In this document: piece after piece, positions 1-8,296 of the stretch
Layout: every line of letters starts with the position of its first letter
Numbering within the stretch: the stretch's first letter is position 1
Origin: Candidatus Aenigmatarchaeota archaeon
GTDB lineage: Archaea; Aenigmatarchaeota; Aenigmatarchaeia; QMZS01
Direction of reading: 5' to 3'
Length of the DNA stretch: 49,270 nt
NCBI GenBank assembly: GCA_016932615.1
Contig: JAFGCN010000017.1
Coordinates: 1 to 49,270, forward strand
Program-made: the position numbers and the translations under genes
Notes under the pieces: generated by a model
What the model saw: the letters and a program-made list of their open reading frames with translations, nothing else
The model's database searches: none
Told to the model about the DNA's origin: nothing

Positions 1-895
1 GGATATTCTGTTTTTCCAGTATATCTATCCATCCCTCTATCTGCTCATTTGTGACGCCAAATTTTTCCTGGACTTCCTTGACCGGGATTGGGCCTTTTCT
101 TAGAAGCTCTACAAAGAGGTCGATGCTGGTCTCGATGATATCACTTCCTTCAAAACTCTGCTCTATCGCTTTCTTACTAAGGTGGTCCAGTATTTTTTTT
201 GAACATATGGTCCCAATTAGGCTCCCCTTGTTGGTTACGATAAGAATGTCTGTGTTTCTGGTAGACATTTCCTCAAGGGCTTTTTGAATGGGTTTATCTG
301 ATTCTATCATATAGGTTGCATCATTGAAGTCCTTTGCAATTGCCTTTTCAAAACCTTTGTTTTGAAGAGACTTTAATATGCTTAAGTGAGTAATGATGCC
401 GGTAACAGCGTATTTTTTTGAAACTATGACAAATGAATTCTTCTCCAGCAGGATCAGGACGTCTTTAATTGGCAAATCTTCACTTACTACTTCTGCGGGC
501 TCAGCAAGGTCTATGGTCTTGGTCTGCGCCAGGACTTTTTTTAGGGTGTCCTGCTCAGTTTCTTTTTTTTCTCTGGCTTTTTCTGGAGACCTATCTATTT
601 TCCGGGAAGACCCTTTTTTTTGAATATGCTTTTTTGAGGTTTCTCGAAGGAGAGTCTCCCTTATTTTTCTTTTACCCACATTTTTCACGGATTTTTTGCT
701 ATTTTTAAAATTGCCCTTAATACCTGCCGCCTTTTTTAGAAGCTTTTCTTTCTTTTCAATGGTTTTCTTTTTCTGGCTTGAATTTTTCTTATGGCGGGGG
801 CTTACATTTTTTTTAGCGTTAGGCAAATCGCGCCTGGCCTTAATTGCCTTTGTTTTGGATTTTATCGGATTTGCCTTCTTTGAGAACTTCCTCAT
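1..895 (-). CDS. CBS-domain pair protein with a lysine-rich N-terminal tail. The 3' end runs off the window, so it is absent from the ORF track.
   Basis: Manual reverse-strand translation from ATG (cat at 893-895) gives MRKFSKKANPIKSKTKAIKARRDL...VSKKYAVTGIITHLSILKSLQNKGFEKAIAKD...ILIVTNKGSLIGTICSKKILDHL with no stop down to position 1. Two CBS-like h-x-G-h-h-T/S motifs follow a basic K/R-rich tail of about 120 aa. Confidence 0.5.
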   Translation of the reverse strand, partial: MRKFSKKANPIKSKTKAIKARRDLPNAKKNVSPRHKKNSSQKKKTIEKKEKLLKKAAGIKGNFKNSKKSVKNVGKRKIRETLLRETSKKHIQKKGSSRKIDRSPEKAREKKETEQDTLKKVLAQTKTIDLAEPAEVVSEDLPIKDVLILLEKNSFVIVSKKYAVTGIITHLSILKSLQNKGFEKAIAKDFNDATYMIESDKPIQKALEEMSTRNTDILIVTNKGSLIGTICSKKILDHLSKKAIEQSFEGSDIIETSIDLFVELLRKGPIPVKEVQEKFGVTNEQIEGWIDILEKQNI

Positions 896-914
896 AATAT
901 AGTTATATAGATTT

Positions 915-1310
915 ATGAAGGGTCAGATTTCCGTAGAAATGCTTATCGTTGTGGGCTTAGGCATGCTTATAGTAAGCATATATATACTATATGGATATGC
1001 CTCTATAGATAGCTATAAGAAAGGAAACGACCAGTTTTTGCTAAAAGATTCTCTTGAAAAAATCGCAACTACCGCAAAGTTTGTAGCTCTTCAGGGGGAG
1101 CCGGCAAAACAGACTGTGAATGTGTGTTTTCCAATGTCTCTTGAAACCTGCTCTGTTTACAACACTACTCTTCAGTGTTCCCTCAGGACTGGCGAGTATA
1201 TTTATCAGGATTCTGAAGTGGTTTTGAATGGCACAATGCCCGGTATTTCTGGTTGCTGGAACATTGTTGTGGAAGCCAACCCTGCGTTTGTCAATCTTTC
1301 CATATCATGA
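915..1310 (+). CDS. Small pilin-like protein with a class III (archaeal type IV prepilin) signal peptide
   Basis: N-terminus MKGQISVEMLIVVGLGMLIV has the K-G-Q / hydrophobic stretch pattern cleaved by archaeal prepilin peptidases. First gene of a translationally coupled operon whose stop overlaps the next start. Confidence 0.6.
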   Translation: MKGQISVEMLIVVGLGMLIVSIYILYGYASIDSYKKGNDQFLLKDSLEKIATTAKFVALQGEPAKQTVNVCFPMSLETCSVYNTTLQCSLRTGEYIYQDSEVVLNGTMPGISGCWNIVVEANPAFVNLSIS

Positions 1311-1675
1311 GATGCCAGGCGTCTGTTGAGCTTCTTTTGCTTCTTGGAATTCTTTCTGTGATTTTTGCCATATCTTTTAGCTATTATGTTGGATATGGAA
1401 TATACCAGGCCTCCGTTTCGACAGGCGGTGACTATCGTTCGGTATGCAAGCAGATTGCAGGCGAGATTGACAGTGCCCTTCGCATTGGCCCGGATTATGA
1501 GAGGTCATTTTATCTTCCTTATGGAGACTATAACGCAACACTCCAGAATTATGAGATTGTCGTTAATTATCCTTCTGGCATGGCAGTCTGTTACACATAC
1601 GTAAATATCACTCGGAACCTGACTATTGGAAAAAATACCGTAATATATAATGGAACCGGCTTCTACCTTGAGTAG
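1307..1675 (+). CDS. Small pilin-like protein (start chosen at the ATG overlapping the upstream stop; the track ORF starts at 1253)
   Basis: In-frame ATG at 1307 gives MRCQASVELLLLLGILSVIFAISF, a Q-A-S-V-E-L hydrophobic N-terminus resembling a class III signal peptide. ATGA overlap with the upstream gene. Confidence 0.45.
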   Translation: MRCQASVELLLLLGILSVIFAISFSYYVGYGIYQASVSTGGDYRSVCKQIAGEIDSALRIGPDYERSFYLPYGDYNATLQNYEIVVNYPSGMAVCYTYVNITRNLTIGKNTVIYNGTGFYLE

Positions 1676-2144
1676 AGCATCAAAGGGCCAGATGCTTTCA
1701 TTTGATTTCCTGATTGTGTGCTCGGTTTTCCTTTTCCTCGGAGCGCTTTTAGTCATCCAGGCGGGATATGCCGTAAAGGAGTCGATGGAGATTGAGCGAA
1801 AGGATGTTATTTTGAGGGATGCGAACACCCTGGGGGAAATTTTTTTCAGGGAGGGGTATCCGCGAGACTGGAATGCAGCGAATGTGCAGATACTGGGGCT
1901 TGAATCTTCAGGAAGGATTAGCGATGAAAAGCTGGAAAAATTTGGGCAGCTCGATGTAGGGCGTACAATGATCCTTATGGGGCTTGAAAGTGAATATAAT
2001 ATTACCGTTTTATGCGGCGATGAAGTTGTTAGGTCGTACGGGGCGGCTTATGATGGTGCCTCGTCTATTGTCAAGAAAGAGCGTGTCGTGGTTTTGGAGA
2101 ATGGGACTATTGCAACAGTAAGGGTTCTTGTTTTTGAAAGATGA
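1650..2144 (+). CDS. Small pilin-like protein with a class III signal peptide (alternative TTG start at 1668)
   Basis: SRASKGQMLSFDFLIVCSVFLFLGALLV contains KGQ followed by a hydrophobic helix. The stop overlaps the ATG of the next gene (atga at 2141-2144). Confidence 0.55.
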   Translation: MEPASTLSRASKGQMLSFDFLIVCSVFLFLGALLVIQAGYAVKESMEIERKDVILRDANTLGEIFFREGYPRDWNAANVQILGLESSGRISDEKLEKFGQLDVGRTMILMGLESEYNITVLCGDEVVRSYGAAYDGASSIVKKERVVVLENGTIATVRVLVFER

Positions 2145-5100
2145 AGGGAATTGTGTTTTCGCTGGATTTAGTGCTGGGGATTTCACTTATGGTGCTTCTC
2201 CTGGCATCAAATTACTATCTTTTTTCGCCACAACCCTTTTATGAGGAAACCGGGATGGACCAGAAGTCTGCCCTTGCAAGAGATTTTCTGGAAGCTCTTG
2301 CAACGATGCGCGTCAATGAAACAACACAAAGCCCGACGCTTAACCAGCTCAAGGGAGGAGGGCTGACGGACGATGAGATGGAACTTTCTGTCCTGGACTT
2401 CATTTTGACCTACTGGGCTTACTCGAATCGGGAGGGTGATTACACTAAAAGGGATTATGCGGAAAATATAACAAAGGAACTGATAAACGCCACAAGGTGC
2501 CTGGAGCGATATAATTTTTCCCTTAGCATAGGCAGCGACCCGGTGGTTGGAGACTATGCCGGCACGCAAAATTCTGTTGTAGTTTCCTCCCTGATTGAAA
2601 ATACCTACAGCTCAAACTCAAGGCATGGCTATATGGCAAGGGCTTACCTGAATGGGATAAAAACTGAGCGGTCAAGATATTTGTACTTTGGAGGGTTTGT
2701 GGGTCAGGGAAATATTTCGGCTCTTCTTGAGCTTCCGGAATATGAGTCTGTTACCGGGGCGGAGCTCAATGTTTTTTCCGGGGCAAACCTGTCTCTTTAT
2801 ATAAACAGTAATTTTTCGGGGTATTTTTCCATAAACGAAAGCGCCCCTAATTTTACCGCAAATATTGTTTCCTCCGGCATCAACATCTCCAACTTCCGGG
2901 AAGGTAACAATACCTTAGGGATTTTATTTAATTCCACGGATTACCGCTATTCATATATTGGAGGTGGATTTCTTCGTGTCGATTATACAACAAGTGCCTT
3001 TTACGATGAAAAGCCGGGTCTGGTTGAGGAATACAGATTTCCTGGAATAGAAGGGCTTATCAATGTTTATGATGGGGTGTATCTTCAGGGAAACGTCACC
3101 GAAATACACCTTCACTATTATAATGAAATCCCGGGTTCTGAGGTTTACCTTAATTTTGCCAATGCCACGCTTTACAACAGCAATGCTTCCGGGGAGTCAT
3201 TAATTGAACTCAATGAATCGAACATTTCCGAAGGCCTTGCGGGGGCAGGGCTTAATGTGCAGGGTTTGACAGGAAGCACTGTGCCCTTGAGGGTGGGAAT
3301 AAGGAGCCTTAATTATACCCGGGGTCAGGGTTTTGGAGATGCCGTGCTGATAACTGATGTTTCTGGCAGTATGAGCACGTGCGATGTTTACTCGAACAAT
3401 TCCTGCGACTGCGATGCGCCTCCACCATGCTACCGAAACAGGATAAATGTTGCAAAGGATTCCGATCGGGAGTTTGTCAGTGGAATGCTGGGGCTTAATG
3501 GAAACAGGGTTGGGCTCGTCTCTTTCGATGATGCGCTTTCAGGATCCATATCTCTGACGGGGGACAACCAGACGCTTCAGAGCGAAATAGATACCTATGT
3601 TTCCGGTGGAGGAACTTGCATATGTTGTGGTATTGAAAAAAGTACAGAACTTCTTTCACAAAAATACCTTTCCGTTGACGCTTTGCCGAGCGGCTCGATA
3701 TGGAAGTACACTACAAGCTATCCTCTTTTGGCCCCTCCGGAAATGGACGGAAGAAACTGGACCGACAAAGACTACAATGATTCCGCATGGGCGGAGGGTC
3801 CTGCTGCCCTTGGATTTTTTAACATAAGCTGGGACTACCGAAGGCAGCTTAACCTTTCAAATGCCGCCGGAGCCCTTTACAGCTATCCTGTCAGGATATC
3901 AATTAACCTTTCTGGAGATTACTCTGACGGCAGGGTAAAGCAGTACTGTGGGGATGCAAGGTTTACATATTATAATTCAACCTCCGGCACCGAAACTGAA
4001 CTTCCCTACCTTATTGAAAGCTGCAACCTTTCTGGCAGCGACAATGCCACTTTTTGGGTCAGCGTGCCTTACATGGCTGCAAGCTCAGAAACAACACTTT
4101 ACCTATACTATGGAAACCCCTCAGCATCCCCTGGAAATAACCTTTCAATTTGCCCCGCAGGTGTTCAGGGCGGAAGATGCCTGCTGTTTTATGGCGGCTT
4201 TGAGGATTCTTCTGCCGTCGGACCTACAGGGTTTAATACTTCTGTCTGGTCGGTGGATTATGGAAGCGATGGCGATGAGTGTAGAGTTCACACAGACTCG
4301 GCGGACGTGCGCACTGGCTCTTGGGGTGGGGAGATGGAGGAAGGCGACGAGGGAGAGGTTGCCATAAGCACTCGTGATGGGCTGCTGAACCTTTCGGGCT
4401 GCACTAACTGCCGTCTTGATTTTTGGATTAAGCTCACCACCAACTGGGAAGATGCTGACCGGATATATGTCGATGTTTATGATGGCTCCTGGCATTATGG
4501 AGAGCTGAATTTGAATGGAGAAACTTACGATACCGGAAACTGGCACCAATTTACACTCAATCTTTCTGAGTATGATACCTCTAGCCCAGTCAGGGTGAGG
4601 TTTGATAATGAAGCTAGCGATGATAACGAGGAAGCTCATCTGGATGATGTAATGATATATCACTATGCCCTCTCCGAGCCGTATCTTGGATCGATAGGCA
4701 GCCAGGAAGGGACAACTGCCGTATTAAGTTCGAATGTCTCCACAGTTTTGGCAAATAATGGTGGGGACTACTACTTCAGGAAAAAGTTCTTTATCGAAAG
4801 CACAGAAATGCTAATAAATTCTTCCCTATATGTTTTTTCTGACGATGCCGCTGAAGTTTACCTCAATGGAAACCTTATCGACAATGATACTTCAGAGCAT
4901 AATGCCTCCTACTGGAACCGCGTTATGCCTTTTGATAAATCTCTTTTCCGGCTCGGCTGGAATGTGGTTTCTGCAAGGGTTAAAAATGACGACTCCTCTG
5001 CGGCTCTTTTTGACCTGCGCCTGGAAACTGTTGTCGGAAGAAAAAGGGCAATGCTTGTAATGAGTGATGGCGGTGCTAATTATGAGTGCACACCCTGGCA

Positions 5101-6013
5101 GTACAGCACTTATCAGGGTCCGGTGGATGCAATCCAATACTCCTGCAATGCGAGGGATGACAATATTACGGTATATTCTGTTGCTTTTGGCTCTGATGCA
5201 GACACACTAACACTCAAGAAAATCGCCTGCTGGAACTGCTCTGCAAATAATTGGCTTCCAGGGGAAAATGAGACCAACTGCTCGAAGTACTTCCAGAGCA
5301 ACAATGAGGAGGAGCTTATGGAAATCTATAAGAGGATAGCTGATGATATTGTCAACATGTCTGCGCAGCGCCAGGCGGTTTACGTTCAGGGTGACTGGGG
5401 CTTTAGAAACGTGCTGTACAATGATTCGCGTATGAGCATAAACCTTACAGAGGAATCAGTTTTTGGAGAAGGTGAATTTTTGCTTACCTTTGAGAAAAAC
5501 TGCACAGGCGGATACTGCATTCTTAACAAGTCTGCTGATGTTTCCCTGATTGACGCAAGAGTTACTTCTTATTCGGGTGATTATTGGGCCGACCTGATTC
5601 AGGTTTCAAACTCTTCAGGGCACGTTTCAACGATTTACAACTTGTCAACATATGGGGATTTTGAAGTTCTGGGAGACCCTTACAGCATAAAGCTTCCTTC
5701 GGATTTCTTTTCCGACGGAGCAAACAACATTACGCTTTATCACGGCATCGAGAACGGAAACCCTCAAAACCAGTCGAAGGCATACCGGGTCATATATTCC
5801 ATAAAAGTTCCGGGTTCGGTGGGATATGGTGGGGATGAATTTGTGTTTAATACCTCACAGGAGGCAAGAGACAATGCAACTGAGCGGCTTATACAGCATA
5901 TTGAATCAAAGACCGGAGAGGAAATCAGCAGCTATGAGATAAGCACTTCTCTTACAATAGAAGGCATAAGGGAACTTTCACAAATTGCTCTTGTGAGGTT
6001 TATTATGTGGTAA
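2141..6013 (+). CDS. Large pilin-like-N-terminus surface protein with an interrupted vWA domain. A jelly-roll (LamG/ConA-like) and a PA14-like region lie in the insertion. Candidate pilus-associated adhesin.
   Basis: N-terminus MKGIVFSLDLVLGISLMVLLL is pilin-like. The vWA metal-ion-binding (MIDAS) motif DAVLITDVSGSMS is near nt 3340, followed by NRVGLVSFDD and SGGGTCICCGIEKSTELL. The rest of the vWA (RAMLVMSDGGANYEC...ITVYSVAFGSDADTLTLKKIA) appears only near nt 5040-5235. Dozens of N-x-S/T sequons throughout. Confidence 0.75.
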   Translation: MKGIVFSLDLVLGISLMVLLLASNYYLFSPQPFYEETGMDQKSALARDFLEALATMRVNETTQSPTLNQLKGGGLTDDEMELSVLDFILTYWAYSNREGDYTKRDYAENITKELINATRCLERYNFSLSIGSDPVVGDYAGTQNSVVVSSLIENTYSSNSRHGYMARAYLNGIKTERSRYLYFGGFVGQGNISALLELPEYESVTGAELNVFSGANLSLYINSNFSGYFSINESAPNFTANIVSSGINISNFREGNNTLGILFNSTDYRYSYIGGGFLRVDYTTSAFYDEKPGLVEEYRFPGIEGLINVYDGVYLQGNVTEIHLHYYNEIPGSEVYLNFANATLYNSNASGESLIELNESNISEGLAGAGLNVQGLTGSTVPLRVGIRSLNYTRGQGFGDAVLITDVSGSMSTCDVYSNNSCDCDAPPPCYRNRINVAKDSDREFVSGMLGLNGNRVGLVSFDDALSGSISLTGDNQTLQSEIDTYVSGGGTCICCGIEKSTELLSQKYLSVDALPSGSIWKYTTSYPLLAPPEMDGRNWTDKDYNDSAWAEGPAALGFFNISWDYRRQLNLSNAAGALYSYPVRISINLSGDYSDGRVKQYCGDARFTYYNSTSGTETELPYLIESCNLSGSDNATFWVSVPYMAASSETTLYLYYGNPSASPGNNLSICPAGVQGGRCLLFYGGFEDSSAVGPTGFNTSVWSVDYGSDGDECRVHTDSADVRTGSWGGEMEEGDEGEVAISTRDGLLNLSGCTNCRLDFWIKLTTNWEDADRIYVDVYDGSWHYGELNLNGETYDTGNWHQFTLNLSEYDTSSPVRVRFDNEASDDNEEAHLDDVMIYHYALSEPYLGSIGSQEGTTAVLSSNVSTVLANNGGDYYFRKKFFIESTEMLINSSLYVFSDDAAEVYLNGNLIDNDTSEHNASYWNRVMPFDKSLFRLGWNVVSARVKNDDSSAALFDLRLETVVGRKRAMLVMSDGGANYECTPWQYSTYQGPVDAIQYSCNARDDNITVYSVAFGSDADTLTLKKIACWNCSANNWLPGENETNCSKYFQSNNEEELMEIYKRIADDIVNMSAQRQAVYVQGDWGFRNVLYNDSRMSINLTEESVFGEGEFLLTFEKNCTGGYCILNKSADVSLIDARVTSYSGDYWADLIQVSNSSGHVSTIYNLSTYGDFEVLGDPYSIKLPSDFFSDGANNITLYHGIENGNPQNQSKAYRVIYSIKVPGSVGYGGDEFVFNTSQEARDNATERLIQHIESKTGEEISSYEISTSLTIEGIRELSQIALVRFIMW

Positions 6014-6014
6014 T

Positions 6015-7262
6015 ATGAATGGCTTTCTTTATTCCGGGCTTATGGTTCTGGTCCTGTTTGCTCTTTTTTCAATAATGCTTGTGCAAAGGGAAAGAGTAAG
6101 CGAAGAAAGAGAAACATTTTCACTTAACGATAGGCTGATGGATATGGATGCTTCTTATGACAGCATAGAGCGCAGCATACATACCCTTTGTGATGTTTCG
6201 CTCAGGCGCGCCATAATATCATCCGAGAACTCGGTTTTGATTGATGGGGTATCATTTTTTTCTGGCGGGCAAAAAGCTCCGGACGCAATAAAGCAGCTGA
6301 TGTGGAATGGAACACTGCCAGCTACCGGCGAGGAAGTAACATTTATGGAAAATAACACTCTTGAGCACAATCTGGAGCTCCTTGAGGAATATTATTCTCG
6401 TAACCCAAAGGGATACAATGTCTCAATAGACTTTGGCTATGAGAGTGCAAAGGTCGGGCTTTATGATGCCTTTAATGTCTTCATAAACTCTACCGTTGAG
6501 GTGAATATTTCGAAAGAAGGTGTGGCGAACCTTTCTAGAAGATTTATTGTTCTGGAGAAAGTTTCAATCTTGGGGTTTGAAGACCCGCTTTACCTGGAAA
6601 ACCTTACCGGGGGAACGCTTTCCCGGGTTTTCAACAAAAGCCAGCATACTGATAACTTTACCCGAAGGGTGCCTCTGATTGTTTTATCCGGAAATGGGAA
6701 CTGTTATGGTGAGCTTACGGACGATGCAGGCGCTTCTGAAAAGGAACATAAAATATTCTTCAATGATACTGTTTATCCCGGCCTGGATTCATTTTGTGGG
6801 GTGGTTTACGAGTCAGGAAGCGAGCCTGCTACAAGCTACCTGAGAGTGGATTCGCTGGCGGGGCTTTCATCTCTGTCAGGCCAAAGCTTTCTTATTTTTG
6901 GAAGCGCTGAATCATGGAGTGAGGAAGATGGGCTTTTGGACGTTTCAAATCTCATTGTTCATGTCCGGGAAGGAAGCTATATAAACTCAAGCAGCGCCCC
7001 CAGCTTTTTCGACGCGCTGGAGGGAACATTTGAATGCACTTATTGCGCCGAGTATGGCCCTGTGGGTCTTGAGACCGTACTTGACAAAAACATCCTTTCC
7101 GCACCGGAACTTCACATCAATGTAAACACAACCGCCTCCAACACGCTTCATGAATACCTCCAGGGGCAGGCGGGGGAAAAGTTTGGGCTGAACGAATCCT
7201 CAGTTGACCCGACATTTTATGAATTCCGGCTGGATGGCTCCTCCGGAAGTTATCTTGGTTAG
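6015..7262 (+). CDS. Secreted or membrane-anchored glycoprotein with a hydrophobic, pilin-like N-terminus; last gene of the operon
   Basis: MNGFLYSGLMVLVLFALFSIMLV is a hydrophobic N-terminus. Starts 2 nt after the upstream stop. Many N-x-S/T sequons. No recognisable catalytic motifs. Confidence 0.5.
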   Translation: MNGFLYSGLMVLVLFALFSIMLVQRERVSEERETFSLNDRLMDMDASYDSIERSIHTLCDVSLRRAIISSENSVLIDGVSFFSGGQKAPDAIKQLMWNGTLPATGEEVTFMENNTLEHNLELLEEYYSRNPKGYNVSIDFGYESAKVGLYDAFNVFINSTVEVNISKEGVANLSRRFIVLEKVSILGFEDPLYLENLTGGTLSRVFNKSQHTDNFTRRVPLIVLSGNGNCYGELTDDAGASEKEHKIFFNDTVYPGLDSFCGVVYESGSEPATSYLRVDSLAGLSSLSGQSFLIFGSAESWSEEDGLLDVSNLIVHVREGSYINSSSAPSFFDALEGTFECTYCAEYGPVGLETVLDKNILSAPELHINVNTTASNTLHEYLQGQAGEKFGLNESSVDPTFYEFRLDGSSGSYLG

Positions 7263-7285
7263 TTGAGAGGTTTATTTTTTCAATA

Positions 7286-7335
7286 CCCCAGGGCTTGCCC
7301 TGGTTGGGAGGAGGTCATTTTGTTTGTGAAATTTG
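7286..7335. terminator. Putative bidirectional terminator region between convergent genes
   Basis: Inverted repeat CCAGGGC-tt-GCCCTGG at 7288-7303 followed by a T-rich tract (tcattttgtttg). Lies between the convergent ends of 6015-7262 (+) and 7409-7837 (-). Confidence 0.3.
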
Positions 7336-7408
7336 GCGGCCTGTAGAATATAGTTTCTTTGGAGCGGCTAAAAGAAAAAAGGTTAAACTAAAAAGCAAAA
7401 AGAATGAC

Positions 7409-7837
7409 TTACTGGAAGTATCCGGATTGAAGTGTCTGCGTTCTTGTCTGTGAAAGTGAGCTTCCCGCTTTTGTGTAGGTCAGGCTGGCACCAACATCAT
7501 TTGCTCCGTTATTAGGTACATAGAGTATAAATACCTGGTTTGCATTGACCGTTGCTGGGCTTGGAAGAACACATCCGCTGGGAAGGCATGCTGTCAAATT
7601 TATTCCTTCCCCCCTGTTCTTAACTTCAAGCGCGAGGTGGCTGCCGTTGTACGAGTGTGCATTGTATGCAAAGTCGCTGAAGCATGGTGTGCAAGGTGGG
7701 GTAGTTGTGCTTGAGCCGGAGCTGAATACTCCCATGGAGTAAAGGGCAGCTACTGCAATTACAACTATCGCTATTGCTATGCCGTAAGTCATTAAGTATT
7801 CTAAGGACACCTGTCCTTTGAATCTTCGTGCATTCAT
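7409..7837 (-). CDS. Archaeal type IV pilin (class III signal peptide); likely major pilin
   Basis: MNARRFKGQVSLEYLMTYGIAIAIVVIAVAALY is the canonical positively charged residues, KGQ, then VSLEYL hydrophobic helix. The C-terminal domain is S/T-rich with N-x-S/T sequons. Confidence 0.8.
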   Translation of the reverse strand: MNARRFKGQVSLEYLMTYGIAIAIVVIAVAALYSMGVFSSGSSTTTPPCTPCFSDFAYNAHSYNGSHLALEVKNRGEGINLTACLPSGCVLPSPATVNANQVFILYVPNNGANDVGASLTYTKAGSSLSQTRTQTLQSGYFQ

Positions 7838-7882
7838 AACTATTGTAAGATGTTATATATAAGTTTAGCAGTATGCCACTGG

Positions 7883-8041
7883 CTACTCTTTTTCAATTGC
7901 CCACTTGCCTTTTTTCCTGCCCATAAGAGAGTACTTTCTGCACTTGGATGAGCAAAAGTGCATATTTTGTCCTTTATTGTTGACATACAGTATGCCTATT
8001 CCCTTCTTCACAGTTTTGCCGCAAAAAAAGCAGTTTACCAT
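7883..8041 (-). CDS. rpl24e: Ribosomal protein L24e (52 aa; below the ORF-track size cutoff)
   Basis: Manual translation gives MVNCFFCGKTVKKGIGILYVNNKGQNMHFCSSKCRKYSLMGRKKGKWAIEKE, the C4 zinc-ribbon signature (CFFCG...FCSSKC) of L24e. It starts 3 nt after the S28e stop. Confidence 0.85.
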   Translation of the reverse strand: MVNCFFCGKTVKKGIGILYVNNKGQNMHFCSSKCRKYSLMGRKKGKWAIEKE

Positions 8042-8043
8042 AT

Positions 8044-8232
8044 TTATACCCCCACAACCTCCATATCGGTCTCCTTAAGGTAAATTACATCTCCCTCCTT
8101 GACTCTACCGATTACCGCCCGGTTAAGCACCTTATTTTGCTTTGTTCCTTCGATTATACGGCACTTTACAAGCGAAATCCCTTTTGGGCCTTTCCTTTTG
8201 AGAACCTTGATTACTTCGGCTGCGTCTGCCAT
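8044..8232 (-). CDS. rps28e: Ribosomal protein S28e (start taken at the internal MADAAEV; the track ORF extends to 8253)
   Basis: MADAAEVIKVLKRKGPKGISLVKCRIIEGTKQNKVLNRAVIGRVKEGDVIYLKETDMEV matches the S28e pattern (AEVIEI...G.VREGDIL.L.E). It has the conserved S28e-L24e adjacency. An AT-rich TATA-like element (TTTAAAT) lies about 21-27 nt upstream of the ATG. Confidence 0.8.
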   Translation of the reverse strand: MADAAEVIKVLKRKGPKGISLVKCRIIEGTKQNKVLNRAVIGRVKEGDVIYLKETDMEVVGV

Positions 8233-8254
8233 ATTTAAGATACCGATTAACATT

Positions 8255-8296
8255 TAAATTAGCAGATTTTACTATTTTAAACAAATATTTATCCTT
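8255..8296. promoter_or_regulatory. Divergent AT-rich promoter region for rps28e (-) and the HTH regulator gene (+)
   Basis: The 44-bp intergenic region is almost entirely A/T, with TTTAAAT / TTTTAAAC TATA-like elements about 20-27 nt from each ATG. This is consistent with leaderless archaeal transcripts. Confidence 0.35.
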
